Shown: one piece after another, positions 13,841 through 29,231 of the stretch | How the letters are laid out: the number at the start of each line of letters is the position of its first letter | How positions within the stretch are numbered: the stretch's first letter is position 1 | Assembly: GCA_964057225.1 (NCBI GenBank) | Contig: OZ059895.1 | Location: 11,346,001 to 11,410,000, forward strand | Length of the DNA: 64,000 nucleotides | Source of the DNA: Auanema rhodensis | Taxonomy: Eukaryota > Animalia > Nematoda | Direction of reading: 5' to 3' | Made by a program: the position numbers and the translations under genes | The notes under the pieces: model-generated | The model's database searches: none | What the model saw: the letters and a program-made list of their open reading frames with translations, nothing else | Told to the model about the DNA's origin: nothing

Positions 13841-14133
13841 ATGTTTTCAATTTTCAAGCAGTTTTACTCAGATAGCTTAACCCAAGGCAGCAAATTATCT
13901 TCAATCTTATTTCTATCTTACAGATATAAACCAGTAGTTAATGAACCATCATCTTACCTTTACTATTTCTATCTATTTCCTATCGAAACCAACTTTGTTC
14001 AAAAACTATACAACTGTGAAACCTTTTTTGATTTCTTGTATTTGGAGCTCTTAAGATTTGATATCATTTACAACTATACCACGTTGTAAGTACGCCATGC
14101 CGCTGATTTTCAATTTTAACTCTTTTGTAACAA
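13841..14133 (+). repeat. 293-bp truncated monomer (105-bp deletion), copy 6
   Basis: Spacing 13841->14134 = 293. Same junction at about 14067. Confidence 0.95.
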
Positions 14134-16915
14134 ATGTTTTCAATTTTCAAGCAGCTTTACTTAGATAGCTCAACCCAAGGCAGCAATTTATCTTCAATAT
14201 TATTTCTATCTTACAGTTATAAACCAATAGTTAATGAACCATCATCTTACCTTTACTGTTTCTATCTATTTCCTATCGAAAGCAACTTTGTTCAAACATT
14301 ATACAACTGTGAAACCTTTTTTATTTTCTTGTATTTGGAGCTCATAAGTTTTGATATCATCGAGGGATCCAGATAGAACGTGGAAAATTACATAACTAAC
14401 ATGAAATTGGAAAAAACTATAACGAGGATAAGTATGTTAATCATTGAATATCAGATATTTTCGCTTAGGACCATACCACGTTGAAAGTACGCCATGCCGC
14501 TGATTTTCAATTTTAACTCTTCTGTAACAAATGTTTTCAATTTCCAAGCAGTTTTACTTAGATAACTCTACCCAAGGCAGCAAATTATCTTCAATCTTAT
14601 TTCTATCTTACAGTTATAAACCAGTAGTGAATGAACCATCATCTTACCTTCACTGTTTCTATCTATTTTCTATCAAAAGAAACATTGTTTAAACACTATA
14701 CAACTGTGAAACCTTTTTTAATTTCTTGTATTTGGAGCTCTTAAGATTTGATATCATTGAGGAATCCAGATAGAACGTGGAAAATTACGTAACTAACATG
14801 AAATTGGAAAAAACTATAACGAGGATAAGTATGCGAAACATTGAATATCAGATATTTTTGCTTACAACTATACCACGTTGAAAGTACGGCATGCGGCTGA
14901 TTTTCAATTTTAACTCTTCTGTAACAAATGTTTTCAATTTTCAAGCAGTTTTACTCAGATAGCTTAACCCAAGGCAGCAATTTATCTTCAATCTTATTTC
15001 TATCTTACAGTTATAAACCATTAGTTAATGAACCATCATCTTACCTTCACTATTTCTATCTATTTCCTATCAAAACCAACTTTATCCAAAAACTATACAA
15101 CTGAGAAGCCTTTTTTAATTCGTTGTATTTGGAGCTCATAAGATTTGATATCATTGAGGGATCCAGATAGAACGTGGAAAATTACATAACTAACATGAAA
15201 TTGGGAAAAAATTATAACGAGGATAAGTATGTGAAACATTGAATATCAGATATTTTCGCTTAGGACCATACCACGTTGAAAGTACGGCATGCGGTTGATT
15301 TTCAATTTTAACTCTTCTGTAACAAATGTTTTCAATTTTCAAGCAGTTTTACTTAGATAGCTCAACCCAAGGCAGCAAATTATCTTCAATCTTATTTCTA
15401 TCTTACAGTTATAAACCAGTAGTGAATGAACCATCATCTTACCTTCACTGTTTCTATCTATTTTCTATCAAAAGAAACATTGTTTAAACACTATACAACT
15501 GTGAAACCTTTTTTAATTTCTTGTATTTGGAGCTCTTAAGATTTGATATCATTGAGGAATCCAGATAGAACGTGGAAAATTACGTAACTAACATGAAATT
15601 GGAAAAAACTATAACGAGGATAAGTATGCGAAACATTGAATATCAGATATTTTTGCTTACAACTATACCACGTTGAAAGTACGGCATGCGGCTGATTTTC
15701 AATTTTAACTCTTCTGTAACAAATGTTTTCAATTTTCAAGCAGTTTTACTCAGATAGCTTAACCCAAGGCAGCAATTTATCTTCAATCTTATTTCTATCT
15801 TACAGTTATAAACCATTAGTTAATGAACCATCATCTTACCTTCACTATTTCTATCTATTTCCTATCAAAACCAACTTTATTCAAAAACTATACAACTGAG
15901 AAGCCTTTTTTAATTCGTTGTATTTGGAGCTCATAAGATTTGATATCAATGTGGGATCCAGATAGAACGTGGAAAATTACATAACTAACATGAAATTGGG
16001 AAAAAATTATAACCAGGATAAGTATGTGAAACATTGAATATCAGATATTTTCGCTTAGGACCATACCACGTTGAAAGTACGGCATGCGGTTGATTTTCAA
16101 TTTTAACTCTTCTGTAACAAATGTTTTCAATTTTCACAGCAGTTTTACTTAGATAGCTCAACCCAAGGCAGCAAATTATCTTCAATCTTATTTCTATCTT
16201 ACAGTTATAAACCAGTAGTGAATGAACCATCATCTTACCTTCACTGTTTCTATCTATTTTCTATCAAAAGAAACATTCTTTAAACACTATACAACTGTGA
16301 AACCTTTTTTAATTTCTTGTATTTGGAGCTCAAAAGATTTGATATCATCGAGGGATCCAGATAGAACGTGGAAAATTACGTAACTAACATGAAATTGGAA
16401 AAAACTATAACGAGGATAAGTATGTGAATCATTGAATATCAGATATTTTCGCTTAGGACCAAACCACGTTGAAAGTACGCCATGCCGCTGATTTTCAATT
16501 TTAACTCTTTTGTAACAAATGTTTTCAATTTTCAAGCAGTTTTACTCAGATAGCTTAACCCAAGGCAGCAAATTATCTTCAATATTATTTCTATCTTACA
16601 GTTATAAACCAATGGTTAATGAACCATCATCTTACCTTTACTATTTCTATCTATTTTCTATCAGAACAAATATTGTTCAAACACTATACGACTGTGAAAC
16701 CTTTTTTAATTTCTTGTATTTGGAGCTCATAAGATTTGATATCATTGAGGGATCCAGATAGAACGTGGAAAATTACGTAACTAACATGAAATTGGAAAAA
16801 ACTATAACGAGGATAAGTATGTAAATCATTGCATATCAGATATTTTTGCTTACAACTATACCACGTTGTAAGTACGTCATGCCGCTGATTTTCAATTTTA
16901 ACTCTTTTGTAACAA

Positions 16916-19900
16916 ATGTTTTCAATTTTCAATCAGTTTTACTCAGATAGCTCAACCCAAGGCAGCAAATTATCTTCAATCTTATTTCTATCTTACAGTT
17001 ATAAACCAGTAGTAAATGAACCATCATCTTACCTTCACTGTTTCTATCTATTTTCTATCAAAAGAAACATTGTTTAAACACTATACAACTGTGAAACCTT
17101 TTTTAATTTCTTGTATTTGGAGCTCATAAGATTTGATATCATCGAGGGATCCAGATAGAACGTGGAAAATTACGTAACTAACATGAAATTGGAAAAAACT
17201 ATAACGAGGATAAGTATGTGAATCATTGAATATCAGATATTTTCGCTTAGGACCATACCACGTTGAAAGTACGCCATGCCGCTGATTTTCAATTTTAACT
17301 CTTTTGTAACTAATGTTTTCAATATTCAAGCAGTTTTACTCAGATAGCTTAACCCAAGGCAGCAAATTATCTTCAATATTATTTCTATCTTACAGTTATA
17401 AACCAATGGTTAATGAACCATCATCTTACCTTTACTGTTTCTATCTATTTTCTATCAGAACAAATATTGTTCAAACACTATACAACTGAGAAGCCTTTTT
17501 TAATTTCTTGTATTTGGAGCTCATAAGATTTGATATCATCGAGGGATCCAGATAGAACGTGGAAAATTACGTAACTAACATGAAATTGGAAAAAACTATA
17601 ACGAGGATAAGTATGTCAATCATTGAATATCAGATATTTTCGCTTAGGACCATACCACGTTGAAAGTACGCCATGCCGCTGATTTTCGATTTTAACTCTT
17701 TTGTAACAAATGTTTTCAATTTTCAAGCAGTTTTACTTAGATAGCTCAACCCAAGGCAGCAAATTATCTTCAATCTTATTTCTATCTTACAGTTATAAAC
17801 CAGTAGTGAATGAACCATCATCTTACCTTCACTGTTTCTATCTATTTTCTATCAAAAGAAACATTGTTTAAACACTATACAACTGTGAAACCTTTTTTAA
17901 TTTCTTGTATTTGGAGCTCATAAGATTTGATATCATCGAGGGATCCAGATAGAACGTGGAAAATTACGTAACTAACATGAAATTGGAAAAAACTATAACG
18001 AGGATAAGTATGTGAATCATTGAATATCAGATATTTTCGCTTAGGACCATACCACGTTGAAAGTACGCCAAGCCGCTGATTTTCAATTTTAACTCTTTTG
18101 TAACAAATGTTTTCAATTTTCAAGCAGTTTTACTCAGATAGCTTAACCCAAGGCAGCAAACTATCTTCAATATTATTTCTATCTTACAGTTATAAACCAG
18201 TAGTGAATGAACCATCATCTTACCTTCACTGTTTCTATCTATTTTCTATCAAAAGAAACATTGTTTAAACACTATACAACTGTGAAACCTTTTTTAATTT
18301 CTTGTATTTGGAGCTCTTAAGATTTGATATCATTGAGGAATCCAGATAGAACGTGGAAAATTACGTAACTAACATGAAATTGGAAAAAACTATAACGAGG
18401 ATAAGTATGCGAAACATTGAATATCAGATATTTTTGCTTACAACTATACCACGTTGAAAGTACGGCATGCGGCTGATTTTCAATTTTAACTCTTCTGTAA
18501 CAAATGTTTTCAATTTTCAAGCAGTTTTACTCAGATAGCTTAACCCAAGGCAGCAATTTATCTTCAATCTTATTTCTATCTTACAGTTATAAACCATTAG
18601 TTAATGAACCATCATCTTACCTTCACTATTTCTATCTATTTCCTATCAAAACCAACTTTATCCAAAAACTATACAACTGAGAAGCCTTTTTTAATTCGTT
18701 GTATTTGGAGCTCATAAGATTTGATATCATTGAGGGATCCAGATAGAACGTGGAAAATTACATAACTAACATGAAATTGGGAAAAAATTATAACGAGGAT
18801 AAGTATGTGAAACATTGAATATCAGATATTTTCGCTTAGGACCATACCACGTTGAAAGTACGGCATGCGGTTGATTTTCAATTTTAACTCTTCTGTAACA
18901 AATGTTTTCAATTTTCAAGCAGTTTTACTTAGATAGCTCAACCCAAGGCAGCAAATTATCTTCAATCTTATTTCTATCTTACAGTTATAAACCAGTAGTG
19001 AATGAACCATCATCTTACCTTCACTGTTTCTATCTATTTTCTATCAAAAGAAACATTGTTTAAACACTATACAACTGTGAAACCTTTTTTAATTTCTTGT
19101 ATTTGGAGCTCTTAAGATTTGATATCATTGAGGAATCCAGATAGAACGTGGAAAATTACGTAACTAACATGAAATTGGAAAAAAACTATAACGAGGATAA
19201 GTATGTAAATCATTGCATATCAGATATTTTTGCTTACAACTATACCACGTTGTAAGTACGTCATGCCGCTGATTTTCAATTTTAACTCTTTTGTAACAAA
19301 TGTTTTCAATTTTCAATCTTTTTTACTCAGATAGCTCAACCCAAGGCAGCAAATTATCTTCAATCTTATTTCTATCTTACAGTTATAAACCAGTAGTAAA
19401 TGAACCATCATCTTACCTTCACTGTTTCTATCTATTTTCTATCAAAAGAAACATTGTTTAAACACTATACAACTGTGAAACCTTTTTTAATTTCTTGTAT
19501 TTGGAGCTCATAAGATTTGATATCATCGAGGGATCCAGATAGAACGTGGAAAATTACGTAACTAACATGAAATTGGAAAAAACTATAACGAGGATAAGTA
19601 TGTGAATCATTGAATATCAGATATTTTCGCTTAGGACCATACCACGTTGAAAGTACGCCATGCCGCTGATTTTCAATTTTAACTCTTTTGTAACTAATGT
19701 TTTCAATATTCAAGCAGTTTTACTCAGATAGCTTAACCCAAGGCAGCAAATTATCTTCAATATTATTTCTATCTTACAGTTATAAACCAATGGTTAATGA
19801 ACCATCATCTTACCTTTACTGTTTCTATCTATTTTCTATCAGAACAAATATTGTTCAAACACTATACAACTGAGAAGCCTTTTTTAATTTCTTGTATTTG

Positions 19901-21550
19901 GAGCTCATAAGATTTGATATCATCGAGGGATCCAGATAGAACGTGGAAAATTACGTAACTAACATGAAATTGGAAAAAACTATAACGAGGATAAGTATGT
20001 CAATCATTGAATATCAGATATTTTCGCTTAGGACCATACCACGTTGAAAGTACGCCATGCCGCTGATTTTCGATTTTAACTCTTTTGTAACAAATGTTTT
20101 CAATTTTCAAGCAGTTTTACTTAGATAGCTCAACCCAAGGCAGCAAATTATCTTCAATCTTATTTCTATCTTACAGTTATAAACCAGTAGTGAATGAACC
20201 ATCATCTTACCTTCACTGTTTCTATCTATTTTCTATCAAAAGAAACATTGTTTAAACACTATACAACTGTGAAACCTTTTTTAATTTCTTGTATTTGGAG
20301 CTCATAAGATTTGATATCATCGAGGGATCCAGATAGAACGTGGAAAATTACGTAACTAACATGAAATTGGAAAAAACTATAACGAGGATAAGTATGTGAA
20401 TCATTGAATATCAGATATTTTCGCTTAGGACCATACCACGTTGAAAGTACGCCAAGCCGCTGATTTTCAATTTTAACTCTTTTGTAACAAATGTTTTCAA
20501 TTTTCAAGCAGTTTTACTCAGATAGCTTAACCCAAGGCAGCAAATTATCTTCAATATTATTTCTATCTTACAGTTATAAACCAGTAGTGAATGAACCATC
20601 ATCTTACCTTCACTGTTTCTATCTATTTTCTATCAAAAGAAACATTGTTTAAACACTATACAACTGTGAAACCTTTTTTAATTTCTTGTATTTGGAGCTC
20701 TTAAGATTTGATATCATTGAGGAATCCAGATAGAACGTGGAAAATTACGTAACTAACATGAAATTGGAAAAAACTATAACGAGGATAAGTATGCGAAACA
20801 TTGAATATCAGATATTTTTGCTTACAACTATACCACGTTGAAAGTACGGCATGCGGCTGATTTTCAATTTTAACTCTTCTGTAACAAATGTTTTCAATTT
20901 TCAAGCAGTTTTACTCAGATAGCTTAACCCAAGGCAGCAATTTATCTTCAATCTTATTTCTATCTTACAGTTATAAACCATTAGTTAATGAACCATCATC
21001 TTACCTTCACTATTTCTATCTATTTCCTATCAAAACCAACTTTATCCAAAAACTATACAACTGAGAAGCCTTTTTTAATTCGTTGTATTTGGAGCTCATA
21101 AGATTTGATATCATTGAGGGATCCAGATAGAACGTGGAAAATTACATAACTAACATGAAATTGGGAAAAAATTATAACGAGGATAAGTATGTGAAACATT
21201 GAATATCAGATATTTTCGCTTAGGACCATACCACGTTGAAAGTACGGCATGCGGTTGATTTTCAATTTTAACTCTTCTGTAACAAATGTTTTCAATTTTC
21301 AAGCAGTTTTACTTAGATAGCTCAACCCAAGGCAGCAAATTATCTTCAATCTTATTTCTATCTTACAGTTATAAACCAGTAGTGAATGAACCATCATCTT
21401 ACCTTCACTGTTTCTATCTATTTTCTATCAAAAGAAACATTGTTTAAACACTATACAACTGTGAAACCTTTTTTAATTTCTTGTATTTGGAGCTCTTAAG
21501 ATTTGATATCATTGAGGAATCCAGATAGAACGTGGAAAATTACGTAACTA
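16916..21550 (+). repeat. Tandem 6-monomer duplication (2384-bp period)
   Basis: Pairs 17081/19465, 17875/20259 and 18317/20701. The TTTATCC allele is at about 18660/21044 and GGAATCC at about 19132/21516. Confidence 0.85.
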
Positions 21551-24500
21551 ACATGAAATTGGAAAAAACTATAACGAGGATAAGTATGCGAAACATTGAA
21601 TATCAGATATTTTTGCTTACAACTATACCACGTTGAAAGTACGGCATGCGGCTGATTTTCAATTTTAACTCTTCTGTAACAAATGTTTTCAATTTTCAAG
21701 CAGTTTTACTCAGATAGCTTAACCCAAGGCAGCAATTTATCTTCAATCTTATTTCTATCTTACAGTTATAAACCATTAGTTAATGAACCATCATCTTACC
21801 TTCACTATTTCTATCTATTTCCTATCAAAACCAACTTTATTCAAAAACTATACAACTGAGAAGCCTTTTTTAATTCGTTGTATTTGGAGCTCATAAGATT
21901 TGATATCAATGTGGGATCCAGATAGAACGTGGAAAATTACATAACTAACATGAAATTGGGAAAAAATTATAACGAGGATAAGTATGTGAAACATTGAATA
22001 TCAGATATTTTCGCTTAGGACCATACCACGTTGAAAGTACGGCATGCGGTTGATTTTCAATTTTAACTCTTCTGTAACAAATGTTTTCAATTTTCACAGC
22101 AGTTTTACTTAGATAGCTCAACCCAAGGCAGCAAATTATCTTCAATCTTATTTCTATCTTACAGTTATAAACCAGTAGTGAATGAACCATCATCTTACCT
22201 TCACTGTTTCTATCTATTTTCTATCAAAAGAAACATTCTTTAAACACTATACAACTGAGAAGCCTTTTTTAATTCGTTGTATTTGGAGCTCATAAGATTT
22301 GATATCATTGAGGGATCCAGATAGAACGTGGAAAATTACATAACTAACATGAAATTGGGAAAAAATTATAACGAGGATAAGTATGTGAAACATTGAATAT
22401 CAGATATTTTCGCTTAGGACCATACCACGTTGAAAGTACGGCATGCGGTTGATTTTCAATTTTAACTCTTCTGTAACAAATGTTTTCAATTTTCAAGCAG
22501 TTTTACTTAGATAGCTCAACCCAAGGCAGCAAATTATCTTCAATCTTATTTCTATCTTACAGTTATAAACCAGTAGTGAATGAACCATCATCTTACCTTC
22601 ACTGTTTCTATCTATTTTCTATCAAAAGAAACATTGTTTAAACACTATACAACTGTGAAACCTTTTTTAATTTCTTGTATTTGGAGCTCTTAAGATTTGA
22701 TATCATTGAGGAATCCAGATAGAACGTGGAAAATTACGTAACTAACATGAAATTGGAAAAAACTATAACGAGGATAAGTATGCGAAACATTGAATATCAG
22801 ATATTTTTGCTTACAACTATACCACGTTGAAAGTACGGCATGCGGCTGATTTTCAATTTTAACTCTTCTGTAACGAATGTTTTCAATTTTCAAGCAGTTT
22901 TACTCAGATAGCTTAACCCAAGGCAGCAATTTATCTTCAATCTTATTTCTATCTTACAGTTATAAACCATTAGTTAATGAACCATCATCTTACCTTCACT
23001 ATTTCTATCTATTTCCTATCAAAACCAACTTTATTCAAAAACTATACAACTGAGAAGCCTTTTTTAATTCGTTGTATTTGGAGCTCATAAGATTTGATAT
23101 CAATGTGGGATCCAGATAGAACGTGGAAAATTACATAACTAACATGAAATTGGGAAAAAATTATAACGAGGATAAGTATGTGAAACATTGAATATCAGAT
23201 ATTTTCGCTTAGGACCATACCACGTTGAAAGTACGGCATGCGGTTGATTTTCAATTTTAACTCTTCTGTAACAAATGTTTTCAATTTTCACAGCAGTTTT
23301 ACTTAGATAGCTCAACCCAAGGCAGCAAATTATCTTCAATCTTATTTCTATCTTACAGTTATAAACCAGTAGTGAATGAACCATCATCTTACCTTCACTG
23401 TTTCTATCTATTTTCTATCAAAAGAAACATTGTTTAAACACTATACAACTGTGAAACCTTTTTTAATTTCTTGTATTTGGAGCTCATAAGATTTGATATC
23501 ATCGAGGGATCCAGATAGAACGTGGAAAATTACGTAACTAACATGAAATTGGAAAAAACTATAACGAGGATAAGTATGTGAATCATTGAATATCAGATAT
23601 TTTCGCTTAGGACCAAACCACGTTGAAAGTACGCCATGCCGCTGATTTTCAATTTTAACTCTTTTGTAACAAATGTTTTCAATTTTCAAGCAGTTTTACT
23701 CAGATAGCTTAACCCAAGGCAGCAAATTATCTTCAATATTATTTCTATCTTACAGTTATAAACCAATGGTTAATGAACCATCATCTTACCTTTACTGTTT
23801 CTATCTATTTTCTATCAGAACAAATATTGTTCAAACACTATACGACTGTGAAACCTTTTTTAATTTCTTGTATTTGGAACTCATAAGATTTGATATCATT
23901 GAGGGATCCAGATAGAACGTGGAAAATTACGTAACTAACATGAAATTGGAAAAAACTATAACGAGGATAAGTATGTAAATCATTGCATATCAGATATTTT
24001 TGCTTACAACTATACCACGTTGTAAGTACGCCATGCCGCTGATTTTCAATTTTAACTCTTTTGTAACAAATGTTTTCAATTTTCAATCAGTTTTACTCAG
24101 ATAGCTCAACCCAAGGCAGCAAATTATCTTCAATCTTATTTCTATCTTACAGTTATAAACCAGTAGTAAATGAACCATCATCTTACCTTCACTGTTTCTA
24201 TCTATTTTCTATCAAAAGAAACATTGTTTAAACACTATACAACTGTGAAACCTTTTTTAATTTCTTGTATTTGGAGCTCATAAGATTTGATATCATCGAG
24301 GGATCCAGATAGAATGTGGAAAATTACGTAACTAACATGAAATTGGAAAAAACTATAACGAGGATAAGTATGTGAATCATTGAATATCAGATATTTTCGC
24401 TTAGGACCATACCACGTTGAAAGTACGCCATGCCGCTGATTTTCAATTTTAACTCTTTTGTAACTAATGTTTTCAATATTCAAGCAGTTTTACTCAGATA

Positions 24501-27500
24501 GCTTAACCCAAGGCAGCAAATTATCTTCAATATTATTTCTATCTTACAGTTATAAACCAATGGTTAATGAACCATCATCTTACCTTTACTGTTTCTATCT
24601 ATTTTCTATCAGAACAAATATTGTTCAAACACTATACAACTGAGAAGCCTTTTTTAATTTCTTGTATTTGGAGCTCATAAGATTTGATATCATCGAGGGA
24701 TCCAGATAGAACGTGGAAAATTACGTAACTAACATGAAATTGGAAAAAACTATAACGAGGATAAGTATGTCAATCATTGAATATCAGATATTTTCGCTTA
24801 GGACCATACCACGTTGAAAGTACGCCATGCCGCTGATTTTCGATTTTAACTCTTTTGTAACAAATGTTTTCAATTTTCAAGCAGTTTTACTTAGATAGCT
24901 CAACCCAAGGCAGCAAATTATCTTCAATCTTATTTCTATCTTACAGTTATAAACCAGTAGTGAATGAACCATCATCTTACCTTCACTGTTTCTATCTATT
25001 TTCTATCAAAAGAAACATTGTTTAAACACTATACAACTGTGAAACCTTTTTTAATTTCTTGTATTTGGAGCTCATAAGATTTGATATCATCGAGGGATCC
25101 AGATAGAACGTGGAAAATTACGTAACTAACATGAAATTGGAAAAAACTATAACGAGGATAAGTATGTGAATCATTGAATATCAGATATTTTCGCTTAGGA
25201 CCATACCACGTTGAAAGTACGCCAAGCCGCTGATTTTCAATTTTAACTCTTTTGTAACAAATGTTTTCAATTTTCAAGCAGTTTTACTCAGATAGCTTAA
25301 CCCAAGGCAGCAAATTATCTTCAATATTATTTCTATCTTACAGTTATAAACCAATGGTTAATGAACCATCATCTTACCTTCACTGTTTCTATCTATTTTC
25401 TATCAGAACAAATATTGTTCAAACACTATACAACTGAGAAGCCTTTTTTAATTTCTTGTATTTGGAGCTCATAAGATTTGATATCATCGAGGGATCCAGA
25501 TAGAACGTGGAAAATTACGTAACTAACATGAAATTGGAAAAAACTATAACGAGGATAAGTATGTCAATCATTGAATATCAGATATTTTCGCTTAGGACCA
25601 TACCACGTTGAAAGTACGCCATGCCGCTGATTTTCGATTTTAACTCTTTTGTAACAAATGTTTTCAATTTTCAAGCAGTTTTACTTAGATAGCTCAACCG
25701 AAGGAAGCAATTTATCTTCAATATTATTTCTATCTTACAGTTATAAACCAATAGTTAATGAACCATCATCTTACCCTTACCGTTTCTATCTATTTCCTAT
25801 CGAAACCAACTTTGTTCAAAAACTATACAACTGTGAAACCTTTTTTAATTTCTTGTATTTGAAGCTCATAAGATTTGATATCATTAAGGGATCCAGATAG
25901 AACGTGAAAAATTACATAACTAACATGAAATTGGGAAAAAATTATAACGAGGATAAGTATGTATATCATTGAATATCAGATATTTTCGCTTAGGACCATA
26001 CCACGTTGAAAGTACGCCATGCCGCTGATTTTCAATTTTAACTCTTTTGTAACTAATGTTTTCAATATTCAAGCAGTTTTACTCAGATAGCTTAACCCAA
26101 GGCAGCAAATTATCTTCAATATTATTTCTATCTTACAGTTATAAACCAATGGTTAATGAACCATCATCTTACCTTTACTGTTTCTATCTATTTTCTATCA
26201 GAACAAATATTGTTCAAACACTATACGACTGTGAAACCTTTTTTAATTTCTTGTATTTGGAGCTCATAAGATTTGATATCATTGAGGGATCCAGATAGAA
26301 CGTGGAAAATTACGTAACTAACATGAAATTGGAAAAAACTATAACGAGGATAAGTATGTAAATCATTGCATATCAGATATTTTTGCTTACAACTATACCA
26401 CGTTGTAAGTACGCCATGCCGCGATTTTCAATTTTAACTCTTTTGTAACAAATGTTTTCAATTTTCAATCAGTTTTACTCAGATAGCTCAACCCAAGGCA
26501 GCAAATTATCTTCAATCTTATTTCTATCTTACAGTTATAAACCAGTAGTAAATGAACCATCATCTTACCTTCACTGTTTCTATCTATTTTCTATCAAAAG
26601 AAACATTGTTTAAACACTATACAACTGTGAAACCTTTTTTAATTTCTTGTATTTGGAGCTCATAAGATTTGATATCATCGAGGGATCCAGATAGAACGTG
26701 GAAAATTACGTAACTAACATGAAATTGGAAAAAACTATAACGAGGATAAGTATGTGAATCATTGAATATCAGATATTTTCGCTTAGGACCATACCACGTT
26801 GAAAGTACGCCATGCCGCTGATTTTCAATTTTAACTCTTTTGTAACTAATGTTTTCAATATTCAAGCAGTTTTACTCAGATAGCTTAACCCAAGGCAGCA
26901 AATTATCTTCAATATTATTTCTATCTTACAGTTATAAACCAATGGTTAATGAACCATCATCTTACCTTTACTGTTTCTATCTATTTTCTATCAGAACAAA
27001 TATTGTTCAAACACTATACAACTGAGAAGCCTTTTTTAATTTCTTGTATTTGGAGCTCATAAGATTTGATATCATCGAGGGATCCAGATAGAACGTGGAA
27101 AATTACGTAACTAACATGAAATTGGAAAAAACTATAACGAGGATAAGTATGTGAATCATTGAATATCAGATATTTTCGCTTAGGACCATACCACGTTGAA
27201 AGTACGCCAAGCCGCTGATTTTCAATTTTAACTCTTTTGTAACAAATGTTTTCAATTTTCAAGCAGTTTTACTCAGATAGCTTAACCCAAGGCAGCAAAT
27301 TATCTTCAATATTATTTCTATCTTACAGTTATAAACCAATGGTTAATGAACCATCATCTTACCTTCACTGTTTCTATCTATTTTCTATCAGAACAAATAT
27401 TGTTCAAACACTATACAACTGAGAAGCCTTTTTTAATTTCTTGTATTTGGAGCTCATAAGATTTGATATCATCGAGGGATCCAGATAGAACGTGGAAAAT

Positions 27501-29231
27501 TACGTAACTAACATGAAATTGGAAAAAACTATAACGAGGATAAGTATGTGAATCATTGAATATCAGATATTTTCGCTTAGGACCATACCACGTTGAAAGC
27601 ACGCCAAGCCGCTGATTTTCAATTTTAACTCTTTTGTAACAAATGTTTTCAATTTTCAAGCAGTTTTACTCAGATAGCTTAACCCAAGGCAGCAAATTAT
27701 CTTCAATATTATTTCTATCTTACAGTTATAAACCAATGGTTAATGAACCATCATCTTACCTTCACTGTTTCTATCTATTTTCTATCAGAACAAATATTGT
27801 TCAAACACTATACAACTGAGAAGCCTTTTTTAATTTCTTGTATTTGGAGCTCATAAGATTTGATATCATCGAGGGATCCAGATAGAACGTGGAAAATTAC
27901 GTAACTAACATGAAATTGGAAAAAACTATAACGAGGATAAGTATGTCAATCATTGAATATCAGATATTTTCGCTTAGGACCATACCACGTTGAAAGTACG
28001 CCATGCCGCTGATTTTCGATTTTAACTCTTTTGTAACAAATGTTTTCAATTTTCAAGCAGTTTTACTTAGATAGCTCAACCCAAGGAAGCAATTTATCTT
28101 CAATATTATTTCTATCTTACAGTTATAAACCAATAGTTAATGAACCATCATCTTACCCTTACCGTTTCTATCTATTTCCTATCGAAACCAACTTTGTTCA
28201 AAAACTATACAACTGTGAAACCTTTTTTAATTTCTTGTATTTGAAGCTCATAAGATTTGATATCATTAAGGGATCCAGATAGAACGTGAAAAATTACATA
28301 ACTAACATGAAATTGGGAAAAAATTATAACGAGGATAAGTATGTATATCATTGAATATCAGATATTTTTGCTTACAACTATACCACGTTGTAAGTACGCC
28401 ATGCCGCTGATTCTCAATTTTAACTCTTTTGTAACTAATGTTTTCAATATTCAAGCAGTTTTACTCAGATAGCTTAACCCAAGGCAGCAAATTATCTTCA
28501 ATATTATTTCTATCTTACAGTTATAAACCAATGGTTAATGAACCATCATCTTACCTTTACTGTTTCTATCTATTTTCTATCAGAACAAATATTGTTCAAA
28601 CACTATACAACTGAGAAGCCTTTTTTAATTTCTTGTATTTGGAGCTCATAAGATTTGATATCATCGAGGGATCCAGATAGAACGTGGAAAATTACGTAAC
28701 TAACATGAAATTGGAAAAAACTATAACGAGGATAAGTATGTCAATCATTGAATATCAGATATTTTCGCTTAGGACCATACCACGTTGAAAGTACGCCATG
28801 CCGCTGATTTTCGATTTTAACTCTTTTGTAACAAATGTCTTCAATTTTCAAGCAGTTTTACTTAGATAGCTCAACCCAAGGCAGCAAATTATCTTCAATC
28901 TTATTTCTATCTTACAGTTATAAACCAGTAGTAAATGAACCATCATCTTACCTTCACTGTTTCTATCTATTTTCTATCAAAAGAAACATTGTTTAAACAC
29001 TATACAACTGTGAAACCTTTTTTAATTTCTTGTATTTGGAGCTCATAAGATTTGATATCATCGAGGGATCCAGATAGAACGTGGAAAATTACGTAACTAA
29101 CATGAAATTGGAAAAAACTATAACGAGGATAAGTATGTGAATCATTGAATATCAGATATTTTCGCTTAGGACCATACCACGTTGAAAGTACGCCAAGCCG
29201 CTGATTTTCAATTTTAACTCTTTTGTAACTA

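Larger units (their letters stand above)
9972..18106 (+). repeat. Tandem duplication of a 10-monomer block (3869-bp offset; second copy has one extra monomer)
   Basis: ORF-variant pairs 9972/13841, 10265/14134, 10872/14741, 11667/15536, 12116/15985 and 12418/16287 are all +3869. Pairs 12815/17081 and 13609/17875 are +4266. Confidence 0.88.
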
